NCBI GenBank assembly: GCA_951406725.2 | Contig: OX597828.1 | Location: forward strand, 18,414,001-18,478,000 | Reading direction: 5' to 3' | Source of the DNA: Octopus vulgaris | Lineage: Eukaryota | Length of the DNA stretch: 64,000 nt | Shown: positions 29,491 through 42,996 of the stretch, piece after piece | Layout of the letters: each line of letters starts with the position of its first letter | How positions within the stretch are numbered: position 1 is the stretch's first letter | Notes under the pieces: generated by a model | What the model was told of the DNA's origin: nothing | What the model saw: only the letters and a program-made list of their open reading frames with translations | The model's database searches: none | Position numbers and translations under genes: made by a program

Positions 29491-29620
<130 letters not shown>

Positions 29621-29750
29621 CATATGTATATATATATAGAGAGAGAGAGAGAAAGAGAAAGATATACATACATACACACACATACACATACACACACACA
29701 TATATAGGCGCAGAAGTATGGCGAGGCATTACTGTACATATAATCATGTA

Positions 29751-29792
<42 letters not shown>

Positions 29793-29902
29793 CATACATA
29801 TATACATACATACATACATACATATATACTTTGATACTTTGATACTTTGATAGGTTTCGGCCATTATTGGCCCAGGCCATGTCTAACTTAATAGCACCAC
29901 CT

Positions 29903-29976
<74 letters not shown>

Positions 29977-29983
29977 TATATAT

Positions 29984-30398
29984 AGGCGCAGGAGTGGTTG
30001 TGTGTTAAGTAGCTTGCTTCCCAACGTCAAAGTTCCGGATTCAGTCCCACTGCGTTGCATCTTGGGAAAGTAGCCTCTACTGTAGCCTCGAGCCGACCAA
30101 AGCCATGTGAGTGGAGTTGGTAGAAGAAAACTGAAAGAAACTTGTCGTATATATGTGTGTATTAGTGTGTGTGCGTTTGTGTGTATGTGTGTATGCATAT
30201 GTTTGTGTGTCTATGTTTGTCCCACTACCATCGCTTGTCAACCGATGTTGGTGTGTTTACGTCCCCGTTACCAAGCGGTTCGACAAAAGAGATGGATAGA
30301 AAAGTACTAGGTTTACAAAGAATACGTCCTGGGGTCGATTTGTTCGACTAAAGGCGGTGCTCCAGTATGGCCGCAGTCAAATGACTGAAATAAATAAA

Positions 30399-30400
<2 letters not shown>
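29984..30400 (+). mobile_element. SINE family B, full length
   Basis: AGGCGCAGGAGTGG head, internal TA/TG microsatellite, GGCCGCAGTCAAATGACTGAAA 3' end. Confidence 0.9.
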
Positions 30401-30451
<51 letters not shown>

Positions 30452-30711
30452 CGCACATGTGTGGTTGTGTGTGGGTGTGGGTGTGTTTAAATATCTGGTG
30501 GTTGTGTTTTCTTGTGTATAGCTTTTTTGTATGATGTATGAATTTCCGATGCTGAGGTCGCTCATGCTAGAGAAAAGTGGAGGCCCTTCTCAATTGTAAT
30601 TCCTTCTGCCGATTCCCATGTTCCAACAAAACACTCGGCACCTTGCCTGCCTATTTTACATTTAGATCCATCATTAATATCTTACTATCATGCCTAAAAT
30701 TATTGTGGAAG

Positions 30712-31051
30712 GTGGATGGATGGGTGGATGGACGGGTGGATGGATGGACTGGTCGATGGATGGATGAATGGATTGATGGATGGATGGATTGATGGATTTA
30801 TTGATGGATGGATGGATGGATGGATGGATGGATGGACGGGTGGATGGATGGATGGATGGACGGACGGATGGATGGATGGATGGATGGATGGATGGATGGA
30901 TGGATGGACGGGTGGATGGATGGATGGATGGATGGACGGATGGATGGACGGATGGATTGATTGATGGATGGACGGGTGGATGGACGGGTGGATGGATGAA
31001 TGGATGGATGAATGGATGGATTGATGGACCGGTGGATGGATGGATGGATGG
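30712..31051. repeat. Degenerate (GGAT)n tetranucleotide array
   Basis: Directly visible, with recurring GGACGGGTGG variants. Confidence 0.95.
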
Positions 31052-31166
31052 CCAGAATACTCATCAATCTGAAAACAAGCCTTCATAAAAAACTTTAAAT
31101 TCTGTCTGCAGAGTCTTTTAAATGTTGGAAAGGTACTGTATTTTGCTATACGCTGACTTTATAATC

Positions 31167-31270
31167 AGAGAGCGAGCGAGCGTGCAAGAGAGCGAGCGAG
31201 CGTGCAAGAGAGCGAGCGAGCGTGCAAGAGAGCGAGCGAGCGTGCAAGAGAGTGAGCGAGCGAGCAAGAG
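31167..31270 (+). repeat. 20-bp minisatellite AGAGAGCGAGCGAGCGTGCA, 4 units plus a partial
   Basis: Directly visible. Confidence 0.9.
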
Positions 31271-33014
31271 AGAGAAAGAGAGAGAGAGGAGAGTGACAAA
31301 AGACTGAATGACCACAGTAACACCGTTTCGAACATGAGTTTCCTTGGTTAGGAATGACCAGGGGTTAAAGAACGACAGCAATCTATTAACAGTTTACTTG
31401 AGTGAGTATCAGGATATATTCAATGCATTGAGGGAAACACAAGTGTAATGCAGTGATTAACTATTAGATTAATAATTTCATCAAATAAGGGGAACAACTT
31501 CAGATATGCTTCTGCCGTATTACGTATCGTTAGCAAAGCATCGGCTTACTTCGAGGTAGAGTTGGTGATGCTGTACACTTATTACATCGAAACGAGAAAG
31601 TTTTCATTTAAGTTTCACTCGTTTTCAAGAAAGACGTGTTATTATCTGAGTAACTATTGTTAATAAAAGCACAGGAGGCAACTCCGAAAATTTAATTAAA
31701 ATTAATTACCTCTGTCCGACAGCTTTTAAGACAGCCATTATTTAAAAGTTGTCCGAGGAAATTAGTCTACGTCTTATAAACACAAATTCTGGATTTACGT
31801 TATTGGCAAGGGCAAAACAAATCTTGCGGCTTGTCTTATAATGTTGAAAATATTGTTTTTAATTTATAACGCAATACAGTGGAGAATAAGTGAGATCTAT
31901 GTCTGCGTAACGAAAACTGTGGACATGGTGATTTAAGAATTAAATTTCTTGGCTATAAACACTCTGCCGTACTTGTCTCATGATACGAACTATCGACCCC
32001 CTAATCAGCTGTTCTCGTACCACTCCATATCTTCACAGCGAATCTTTCTTTTTGTTTTTCGCTTCGTGCAAAGGTTAAGTAATTTCAAATCTGATAATTG
32101 TATCATCAAATAAATCTACGATAGAATAATTATGACCAGATGTTAATAATACTAAATGTAAAAAAAAAAAAATCAAAACTAACAAACAAACCCTCTTAAA
32201 ATAGCAAAGGGACTCACGAGGCCTATTGCTTTATTTTGGATCCATGCTTTAAACAGGCAAGAAATAAATTCTTTACAAATGCGTAAGGGTCTAGCCTTTA
32301 CCATGTAACATTCCCTAAAGATCTAATTCATATTCTCGACTTTTAGATGAAATGTTCTGGAGAAGGAAAGAAGACTTTGACTATTTACACTTTGACTATA
32401 ACAAAGGACTTACTTTTTAATGAAGGTTCCAGATTGTTTTGTACTTCTTGTTTGTGTGTATGTTATGTCGTATGAAAATATTTCCAAAGCTTTTGATTTA
32501 AGCTATTGTTCAGTTTTCTGAGGAAATAGACGAAATATTTATACTGCCAGCATCCTTTCAACTCTATAGGGGCTTCCTGTATTTGTATACAACTATTTCG
32601 AGAATGGAACCAGCAAATAAACTGGGTCACTTCTTCTCAGGGACCCCGCTACACTTTCAGGTAAATAAAAACCAGACAGAAATATATGCTCGTGTACATC
32701 TGTGTGTTTCTGCGTACGTATGTGTGTGAGTGTTTGGTGAGGAGGCATGCCAATGGTACTTGAGATGTCATACATATTAGCTATGCAGCTCCTACAAAAC
32801 GCATATTCAGCAAAATAACTCTTCTGTTCCGACAGCCGAATTCTAAATCTTAACTGTATTACGTCTCCTTCCGAGGTTGAGAGAGGAATGAAAGAAAGCC
32901 TCGATATATATATATATATTCGTAAGTTTTGTATATAGTTACTAAACGTGTCTTACAAATGGAGAACAGTTGATTAAGAAATCCACCCCAGTAAATGATT
33001 GTTATTAATCTACT

Positions 33015-33537
<523 letters not shown>

Positions 33538-33786
33538 TTTGGTGCTGGAACCAAATGCAACGTTGTCTTCATGAGTATATACAGTCAACGCTGAATTATC
33601 CAAGCATCGATTACCAAAATTTTGGATTCTCCGACGAAAAACCATCCACATTATTGCGCGTTATCTCAGACTAGGAGATAATACCGGTGCCAACATGTCG
33701 TCTATTGTTTTAATTGAATTCCGCTAAACGTTATGTTGATAAACACTTTGAACGTCGCGCCGACGATTCTGCAAGCACGGCACCAA

Positions 33787-33861
33787 AGTAGTAGCAGCAG
33801 CGGCAGCAGCAGCACCAGTAGTAGTAGTAGTAGAAGTAGTAGTAGTAGTAGTCGTATTAGT

Positions 33862-33960
<99 letters not shown>

Positions 33961-34020
33961 TGTAGTAGTAGTTGTAGTAGCAGCAGCAGCAGCAGTAGTA
34001 GTTGTTGTTGTTGTTGATGT
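33787..34020. repeat. (AGT/AGC)n compound microsatellite
   Basis: Directly visible. Confidence 0.95.
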
Positions 34021-34140
34021 TGTACAAATAGTGGTGGTAAACAACACCGAACTCAGCTTCATTCGACATTTCGAAGCCGAAATTTAGCGATACTCTAAAC
34101 ACTTCAGTTATTCAGTTTAACGTCCCATCTTTTGTCAGTG

Positions 34141-34190
34141 GAAGACTGATGAAGTCGTAATAAGCACGAAACGTGCTCTGAGTTATCTTC
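34141..34190 (+). ncRNA. Candidate hammerhead with canonical core and imperfect stems
   Basis: GAAGA-CUGAUGA-A-GU..AC-GAAA-C...G-UU-A-UCUUC; stem I of 5 bp with one extra nucleotide at the cleavage site; stems II and III weak. Confidence 0.4.
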
Positions 34191-35154
34191 AGTACTAACC
34201 GAAATAAATATATTATTATTATTCAGATTTTCTAACAAGGTTTTTGTAGTTGGTTTTTGTTTGTTTTGTTTTGTCTTTGACGGTGCTGCCATAGCTGTGC
34301 GGTTAAGAAGCTTGGTTTGCATCGAGGTTTCGGGGTCAATTCTATTGCGATGCACCCTTTAAGGTAACCCCGAATCGAGTAATAACTTGCGAGTGAATTT
34401 GATACACAGGGACTGTGGGGAAGCCCGTCATATAAACACACGCACACATACATACACACATACACACACACACACACATATATATATGTATGTATATATG
34501 TATATTTTCATATAAGAACTTTTTGCGTAATAAGATAAAAAAAACCAAGGCTGTATAGATATTAGAGCATTTATAGATAGAAGGTCTTACAGCTGTTTCT
34601 AGGATATTAATTAATAATAATATCCCTTACCTCACTCTCTATTTTGTATCACATTTAAAGTTAAGTCATAGTTAACTTTAAATGTGATACAAAATCTCCG
34701 AGTGAGGTAAGGGATATTATTATTAATTAATATCCTAGAAACAGCTGTAAGACCTTTCATCTATAAATGCTCTAATATCTATACAGCCTTGGTTTTTTTT
34801 ATCTTATTACGCAAAAAATTCTTATATTAAAATATACATATATACATACATATATATGTGTGTGTGTGTGTGTATGTGTGTATGTATGTGTGCGTGTGTT
34901 TATATGACGGGCTTCCCCACAGTCCCTGTGTATCAAATTCACTCGCAAGTTATTACTCGATTCGGGGTTACCTTAAAGGGTGCATCGCAATAGGACTGAC
35001 CCCGAAACCTCGATGCAAACCAAGCTTCTTAACCGCACAGCTATGGCAGCACCGTCAAAGACAAAACAAAACAAACAAAAACCAACTACAAAAACCTTGT
35101 TAGAAAATCTGAATAATAATAATATATTTATTTCGGTTAGTACTGAAGATAACT
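34181..35154. repeat. Large near-perfect palindrome (arms ~484 bp, 7-nt spacer)
   Basis: 34181-34664 is the reverse complement of 34672-35154; near-identical 81-aa ORFs on both strands in the track. Confidence 0.95.
34672..34830 (+). mobile_element. Penelope-like terminal repeat with degenerate hammerhead; 3' end repeated at ~35162-35210
   Basis: UCU-CCGAGUGA..GGAUAUUA/UAAUAUCC..GAAA-CAGCUG-UA-AGA at 34695-34752. Confidence 0.65.
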
Positions 35155-35724
35155 ATAGATAACTATACAGCTTTTTTTTTTATCTTATTACAGCAAAAAA
35201 TTCTTATATACAGACGCTGACATAGAACCAACGTTTAAACACTTTATTCGCAATATTACCGAATCTGGAACTTAACTATGGTCTGTCTATAGCACTTATT
35301 CAGCATTACCTGACACCTTTGGGTCTCAATGACACCATTATCTTTTATATTTCCATATATTTATATATGTATGTGTTCGTATGTATTTCTACGTGTTTGA
35401 CACCCACTCCGTCGCATAGCGACATTTGTTGGTTTGATAACGTCCCAGTAAGATAGCGATTCGACCAAAGGCCCGATATAGCATATACCAGATAATTAAA
35501 GCTTAGTCCCGAGGTCGATTTTCTCGACTGAAATCACTCCAGAATAAGGCACCAGCATCGCTGCACTTCCCTGAATAAAACACGCCAAAGATAAATGCTA
35601 AAAGATGCTAATAATTATTTCTAGTTAGCATTTTCATTATTCCTTTGCATTCTGTTTATTAACACTAACTTAACAATAATTTGTTATGTGGATGGCTTCT
35701 GTGCATAATTAACAAAAACTACCC

Positions 35725-36338
35725 GTGCGTGTGTGTGTGCGTGTATTTGTGCGTGTGTTTGTGTGTCTGTGTGTGGCTGCGTGTGCGTGTGTGTATGTGA
35801 GCGTGTGTGTGTGTATGTGTGTGTGCGTGTGTATGTGCATCCTTGTGTGTGTGTGCGGGTATGTGTTTGTGCATCCTTGTGTGTGTGTGCGAGTGTGCGT
35901 GTGCATTTGTGTGTGTGTGTGTGTGAGTGCATCCTTGTGTGTGTGTGCATCACTGTGTGTGTGTGCGAGTGTGTGCGTGCGTACGTGTGTATGTGTGCGC
36001 GCACACGTATGTGTACACATGTGTTGTGTGTGTGTGTGCGAGCCAGCGCGTGTGTTCGTGTGTATGTGCGTGTGTATATGCATACTTATGTGTGTGTGTG
36101 TGTGTGAATGTATGTGTACGGGCACACGTATGTGTACGCGAGTGTCGCGTGTGTGGTTGCGTGAGTGTGTGTGTTTGCGTGTGTGTGCGTGCGGGCGCGT
36201 GTGTTCGTGTGTACGTGCGTGTGTGTTTGTGTGTATATGCATGCTTATGTCTGTGTGTGTGTGTATGTATGTGTACGGGCACACGTATGTGTACGCGGGT
36301 GTCGTGTGTGTGGTTGCGTGAGTGCGCGTGTTTGCGTG

Positions 36339-36390
<52 letters not shown>
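35725..36390. repeat. Cryptic (GT/GC)-rich repeat with internal higher-order duplications
   Basis: GTGCATCCTTGTGTG occurs three times; GTACGGGCACACGTATGTGTACGCG..TGTCG twice. Confidence 0.85.
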
Positions 36391-36394
<4 letters not shown>

Positions 36395-36739
36395 TGCTAT
36401 TGCAATATTTTTGCTTTATTTTACAGTTCTTAATGTTAATCTCCTTGTTGTTGCTGTAATTGTTAATATCGTTAATGGCTCGCTCCACCCAACTTCTTTT
36501 TTGTGGGGGCAGATCTTGCGCACGTAGGTGGGCCCATTCAACAAGCGTCGAATCGCCCATTTTTGTTATTCCTACAATGGCCTTTAGAGCTCATGCTATA
36601 AGATTTAGGACTTAAGTATGTGAATCCCATTTTAATGACGGCCGCGAATGATTTATATTCGTGTTTTTTAACGGTTATTTAATTGCTAATTTGCCAAATC
36701 AAGTGACGTCATAACTCCTTCATTATATCGCTTATTTTC

Positions 36740-37300
<561 letters not shown>

Positions 37301-37762
37301 GGGGTGATGCTTTCTGCAATAAATTATTGACGTGAATTTTCTGCTGTTTTCTCTAATAAAGCTTCAATTATCAAGCTGAAATTTTGAAACGAAGAAACAC
37401 GATTTATGAGTCTTTAAGTATTTTATGAGCAATTACGAAGCAACCTCACATGATACCGCTGCTGTTACAAAGTACTTTTGGCATCAACACCTGCTCTACA
37501 CACTTCTCACAAAAAACCATGCAACTTGAACTGCTTCAATGGAACAAACAACAGTATTTTTTCGAGGTTGTCATGTCCTCCACAATAATCCAATGTTCAT
37601 TCTTTTGTCTGTAACAGAAAAAAAGAGATGTACTTGTACATTCACAACATTCGTTGTCCTTATTAAAAGTGATATGCTTGCTCTGTCTATCGTAGACAGA
37701 AATTTTTCTTTTGAATATGACAATTTTGTCTATCCGCTTACATTCTTTCTGTAGTTGTGTCT

Positions 37763-37829
<67 letters not shown>

Positions 37830-37837
<8 letters not shown>

Positions 37838-38606
37838 TACATTAAAAGGCCTCTAAAAGAAGAAGCAAGTACTAGATCACAAAAAGTGGATAAATTCAAT
37901 GAAATAAAATCAAAAACATTTACAAAATCGGTTCATCTTATACTGCAGTTTCGTCTTTTTTTTAGCAGTAAATATAATTCATCTGCCAAGGCTAGACTCT
38001 TCAGTAAGCAGCCTTTGTTATCCTAGAAGTACATTTCGTTAGAAACATGTGCGGTTCTAGCGACTTGCATTCTCTAACTTTTCAGACCATTGCGCAGACG
38101 CAAAACATACCCGACAAACAGAGAGGTTTCTGGTATAGGGTCTACGATCAAAATTTATCGAGAAATATGTAAACATAGTAAAAAGGTAATAAAATAAATT
38201 TATTATTACCGGTGATCTAGCACAAAAGACAAGTTAGCCATTAGGCTATATGTTATTCATATATAAGTACATTAAAAGGCTTCTAAAAGAAGAAGCAAGT
38301 ACTAGATCACAAAAAGTGGATAAACTCGGCTCATCTTATACTGCAGATTCGTCTTTTTTTTAGCAGTAAATATAATTTATCTGCCAAGGCTAGACTCTGA
38401 AAAGTTAGAGAATGTTTCTAACGAAATGTACTTTGTAAACGTTTTTGATTTTATTTCATTGAATTTATCCACTTTTTGTCATCTAGTACTTGCTTCTTCT
38501 TTTAGAGGCCTTTTAATGTACTTATATATGAATAACATATAGCCTAATGGTTAACTTGTCTTTTGTGCTAGATCACCGGTAATAATAATTTATTTTATTA
38601 CCTTTT

Positions 38607-38611
<5 letters not shown>
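37830..38611 (-). mobile_element. Retrozyme/Penelope-like tandem-plus-inverted element in (TA)n
   Basis: Direct repeat starting at 37835 and 38265; 38397-38611 is an inverted, internally deleted copy; two hammerhead positions 398 nt apart. Confidence 0.8.
37937..38008 (-). ncRNA. Canonical type I hammerhead ribozyme
   Basis: CUUA-CUGAAGA-GUCU(..UUGGCAG..CUGCUAA..)AGAC-GAAA-CUGCAG-UA-UAAG; all core nucleotides present, three stems, predicted cleavage between 37941 and 37940. Confidence 0.85.
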
Positions 38612-38648
<37 letters not shown>

Positions 38649-38650
<2 letters not shown>

Positions 38651-38835
38651 CGTTTTGGGATTTGGTTTGCAAGATTCTTTATATGAGTTCGTGTGTTGAA
38701 ACATATTCTGTTGTGTCTGGGGAGAGTCATTCTCTTTTAGTGCCTTATTATTTAACACACTCACCGGTAAAATTTCCATTATTTCTTATTTTCTAAAATT
38801 TTCGTTGCGCCTTGCAACCTTTTCAATAGTCTTGA
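38649..38835 (-). mobile_element. Family H2 copy with eroded hammerhead-like motif
   Basis: Homologous to 25388-25572; minus strand reads CUAUUGA-AAAG-GUUGC aaggc GCAAC-GAAA-AUUU-UA. Confidence 0.6.
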
Positions 38836-38872
38836 CTGATAGATTATCCTGTTCATGTTATTGTTTCTGTAT

Positions 38873-38906
<34 letters not shown>

Positions 38907-38907
<1 letters not shown>

Positions 38908-39287
38908 TAGCAGTATCACCCGGCGTTGCTCGGGTTTGTAAGGGAAATAACTATAAAGCATTTTTAGAGATTTATAGCCAAAAAGTAGCAAAAAATGCAT
39001 TAAAAATGTAAAAAAAATTATGGTAAATATTTTTTTAAATCGTTGACACATCGTAGACATTTTTAGAGAGTTACTTACCTTATATTTAAAAAAATATGCA
39101 TTAAAATGGAAAAAATTATGGTAAATTATTTTTTAAATCGTAGACTCATCGTAGACGCGCGCTAATACCCAGAAGGGCTTGGTATGAATCACGACTATAA
39201 GATACCCGGTTTTGGTTAAACTGCACCGCAAAATGTGGGAGTAGTTAGGAATCTAAATCGGAGTAGACAGACACACAATCTTTCTAA

Positions 39288-39290
<3 letters not shown>
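38907..39290 (-). mobile_element. Non-autonomous Helitron (384 bp)
   Basis: Minus strand starts TC, ends with hairpin CCCGAGCAACGCCGGG then CTAG; inserted between A and T in (TA)n; internal ~95-bp tandem duplication. Confidence 0.85.
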
Positions 39291-39352
<62 letters not shown>

Positions 39353-39669
39353 AATATATATATGTATATATATATATATATATAAGATACAGAAACAATA
39401 GCATGAACAGGATAAACTATCCATATATTGTAGAAAAAAATCTTTATCGGCCAGCCAGAAGACTCGAACACACATCTATGTAATTACGCGTCAAGTGCTT
39501 TATCTATAAGCTAAACTGCCCAGTAACGAATTGTTCTGCAATTTTAGGATTTATAAATCTAGCTTTATAAGAGGCTAACGTTAAATTCAACTTACGTTGA
39601 AAGTACACAAAGTTTGCTTTAGAGGCGTTGAGATGCGTTTGAGAATAAATCATTTCTGTATTTCTGGAC

Positions 39670-39970
39670 AATGAGGAATGCTAAAGATGAGAAGCATGGG
39701 AGATTAGATCAAAAAGGCCAGGTGGCAAGAGTCTGAGGAAGTGAGCAGCAACAACGAAGAGGGAGAGGAAGACTTTGTCACCCAACAAAAAGAGAGCAGA
39801 AGCCACAGGTCACTGAAGGACAAGGCCCAGAATTTAGTAAAGAGGCCAACGATCTACTGACAGATGCTGCCTTCTTCAGTGAGCAAGTGGTAGTGGACTT
39901 GCTCACCAAGTTCAACACAGCTATTCCAGTGTTGCAATTGAACGTTGATTTTCCATGGGCAAGGACATCT
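39670..39970 (+). pseudogene. hAT transposase C-terminal dimerisation-domain fragment
   Basis: ..LTDAAFFSEQVVVDLLTKFNTAIP/SVAIER/FSMGKDI across frameshifts (compare NTPLPSSAAVERLFS.G.DI). Confidence 0.75.
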
Positions 39971-40157
39971 AAAAGTCTTAAAAATCCTAAAAAGAAGAGC
40001 CAAACCTGTGAAATCAACCTTTTGAAATTTAAAACTATAAAATCAGCATTTTTAAGCTCTAAAGCCCTCAAAAGGGCCCAAAAACCTGATTGTATAGTTT
40101 TGGCACTTTTTAACCTTTTACTGTTTAAACCGGCCAAATCCCGTAGTATCTAATTCC

Positions 40158-40573
40158 TCTACTCTTTTACTTGTTTCAGTCATTTTACTGTGGCTATGCT
40201 GAAGCACCGCCTTTAGTCGAGCAAATCGACCCCAGGCTGTATTCTTTGTAAGCCTAGTACTTATTCTATAGGACTCTTTTGTCGAACCGCTAAGTTACGG
40301 GAACGTAAACACACCAGCATCGGTTGTCAAGCGATGGTGGGGGGCACAAACACAAACACACAAACATATACACACACATACCTATACATATATATACATA
40401 TATATATATATATACGACGGGCTTCTTTCAGTTTCCGTCTACCAAATCCACTCACAAGGCTTTGGTCGGTCCGAGGCCATAGTAGAAGACACTTGCCCAA
40501 GGTGCCACGCAATGGGATTGAACCCAGGACTATGTGGTTGGTAAGCAAGCTACTTACTACACAGCCACTCCTA
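40158..40573 (-). mobile_element. SINE family B, full length
   Basis: Matches 29984-30400 in reverse. Confidence 0.9.
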
Positions 40574-41639
40574 CGAAATCTTTTAAAAAACATAAACAAA
40601 TTACGGTGGTGAATTCTCGTAGCTTTGACATTATGCGAGCGTTTTTCTTCCAGAAAGCACAGAATTACGAAAAAAGCAAAATTAACTAAGGTGGATGTCA
40701 GAGAAAATACTGATTTCCATAAAGTGGAAGAAATAAATGGAAGGGAAAAGTATGGTACATATTTCGGTGCGAGCGCAAATAGCTATTACGTAGGAGCAGG
40801 GCATGCTAGAAGTAGCAGCCAAATCTTTCCTTTTCTGGAAAAAGGAACCGTTTTCGCGTGATTTCGATGTCACATTCGTTGAAAGCATGCAAAATAAGCT
40901 GGAAAAGAAAAAAAGACAGGCGAAACAAAACTCCATTGGTGGAAAATTTCGAGGTCCCTATCACCCTTGCCATCTTTCTTTTCTGGGAAAAAATGGCTTG
41001 CGCCAGGTTTGTAGGTCAGATACGTTGAATGCACCCGAAAAAATCCGAGGAAAAAATATTCGGCATCGAAGAACGAAATATAAAAGAATAAAATTACTGA
41101 AAGAATAAAATCTTGTACTGATTATACATGTATTTTAATTCAAATTAATATACCTCATCGTGAAAAGTGGCAAAATTTTTGTCGGCTGCCATCTGAGATA
41201 AATTTAGTAACAAATCAAACAAGTAAGAAGCATTAAGAATTTCAATTTTAGTGTTTATCCATAATGTTATTGCTTTTACACCTGTTTATTTAATTCACCT
41301 GCCCATAAAAGTCAAATTTGCTCAGCAAGATCAGCTAAAATTACATAACAATAAACCAGTGGTATATAAAGCACCCACTAACAAAATTTCAAATCTGTAT
41401 GTGAAAAAGTTACAAGGTTACAAGTAAATATTGTGGACACCCCTCTTGAACCTGAATATTTCAAAATAACGTAACAAATAAGCGTTACATTTGACAGATT
41501 AATATGAACACTAAAGATGTTTTTGGGTGCTTTTTTCTTCTTAAACACGCACATAACACGGCCTCGCTCCGTTGGAACTACATGTGTGTTACCATGACAT
41601 AATCATTCCAGAAAATGTGTTTATGAGGACAAAAATATT

Positions 41640-41853
41640 CTTTTCTACTTTAGGCACAAGGCCCGAAATTTTGGGGGAGGGGGCTAGTCGATTAGATCGA
41701 CCCCCGTAGGCAACTGGTACTTAATTTTTCAACCTCGAAAGGATGAAAGGCAAAGTCGACCTCGGCGGAATTTGAACTCAGAACGTAAAAACAGACGAAA
41801 TATCGCTAAGCATTTCGCCCGGCGTGCTAACGGTTCTGCCAACTCGCCACCTT
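41640..41853 (-). mobile_element. SINE family A, tail type 2
   Basis: Close match to 13280-13495. Confidence 0.9.
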
Positions 41854-42529
41854 ATGGAGAATAAAATATTGAAAAATATCAATAGATGTGCAAGTCAGAA
41901 AGAAACGAGAAGAGAGGTTTTGGGAAGAGCTAGAAACAACAGCCAGATCTCTCTTAAATCTCACATTTTCCTCTGAATTTTTTTTTTAAACCGAAAATGT
42001 TTCTCACACGGGTTTTAAGTACATAGTGAAAAAGATGGCCAAAACCGTTTCGAACTCGGGTGGTAAAGGTCTGGTGGGAACCAAAAAAAATTTTCAAAAT
42101 TTTTTCTCTTTTTTTTTTTCATGAAAAAATGCCTCCCATCATTCTGAAGACTTTAGTGAAAAAAAATATGCGCGTCAAAACGGGGAAATTCCAACTTATG
42201 CGGGCCGTCTGATCAGAAACTCATCACCCACGCCCCCTTCCAAAACTTTTGCCTACAAATTTCTTTTGTAATCGTAATCTACACAGATTAAAAGGTATTT
42301 GTATAAATTTCATTTTTAAAAAAAACTATTTTCCCGAAAGTTATGAGGAAAATGTGGGGTGCTGTGAATTTTTCGAAACTCCTCTCTTCAACCCCTCGAA
42401 AAAATTTGTCCAACATATCCTTACATACTCAATCTGCAGGATATAAGTGATTATTTGGTGAAAGATTCGTTAAAAAGTATCCACTTTTCTGGAAGTGATG
42501 AGGCAACAAATTCGTTGAGGTATTAAACA

Positions 42530-42667
42530 GTAGTAACGTTAACGGATCAACGTTAACTTTCGTTAGATTTTCAAAGAATTAATGGATTAACGATTAACGA
42601 AGTTAGCTTTATAGTTGACGGAATAATGATTAACGAAGCTAACTTTTCGATTAACAATGCTCACCTC

Positions 42668-42669
<2 letters not shown>
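42530..42669 (+). mobile_element. hAT-like transposon end with (G/A)TTAAC subterminal repeats
   Basis: Repeated TTAACG motifs ending ..TGCTCACCTCTG (terminus CAGAGGTGAGCA). Confidence 0.55.
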
Positions 42670-42707
<38 letters not shown>

Positions 42708-42996
42708 TATATCACATGAGCCTGGAGGCTACCTGAACTCCAGGACTGAAGCCGTGGGGAGTTGCCCACATTTTCGGAAATTTTTACTTCAAAGTTGGAA
42801 AACCTAGCTATTAAGCGAAGGATAACAACTCACATTTTTTAAAGTGGAATATTTCTTGAACTTTGCAGAGAACAGGTATCGTTTAGCGAAACTAAAGATA
42901 TGTCTAGTTCAAGTTAGAAATGAAACCAAAATATATATATATATATATGTCAACATATATATATGTATATATATATATACATATATATATACATAT

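Noticed and set aside
31167-31270. CRISPR-like regular repeat
   Set aside because: Head-to-tail minisatellite without spacers in a eukaryotic context
38397-38434. CTGAAAA-GTTAGAGA/TTTCTAAC-GAAA-TGTA as a second hammerhead
   Set aside because: G8 is absent without compensation, no stem I forms, and it starts at a rearrangement junction
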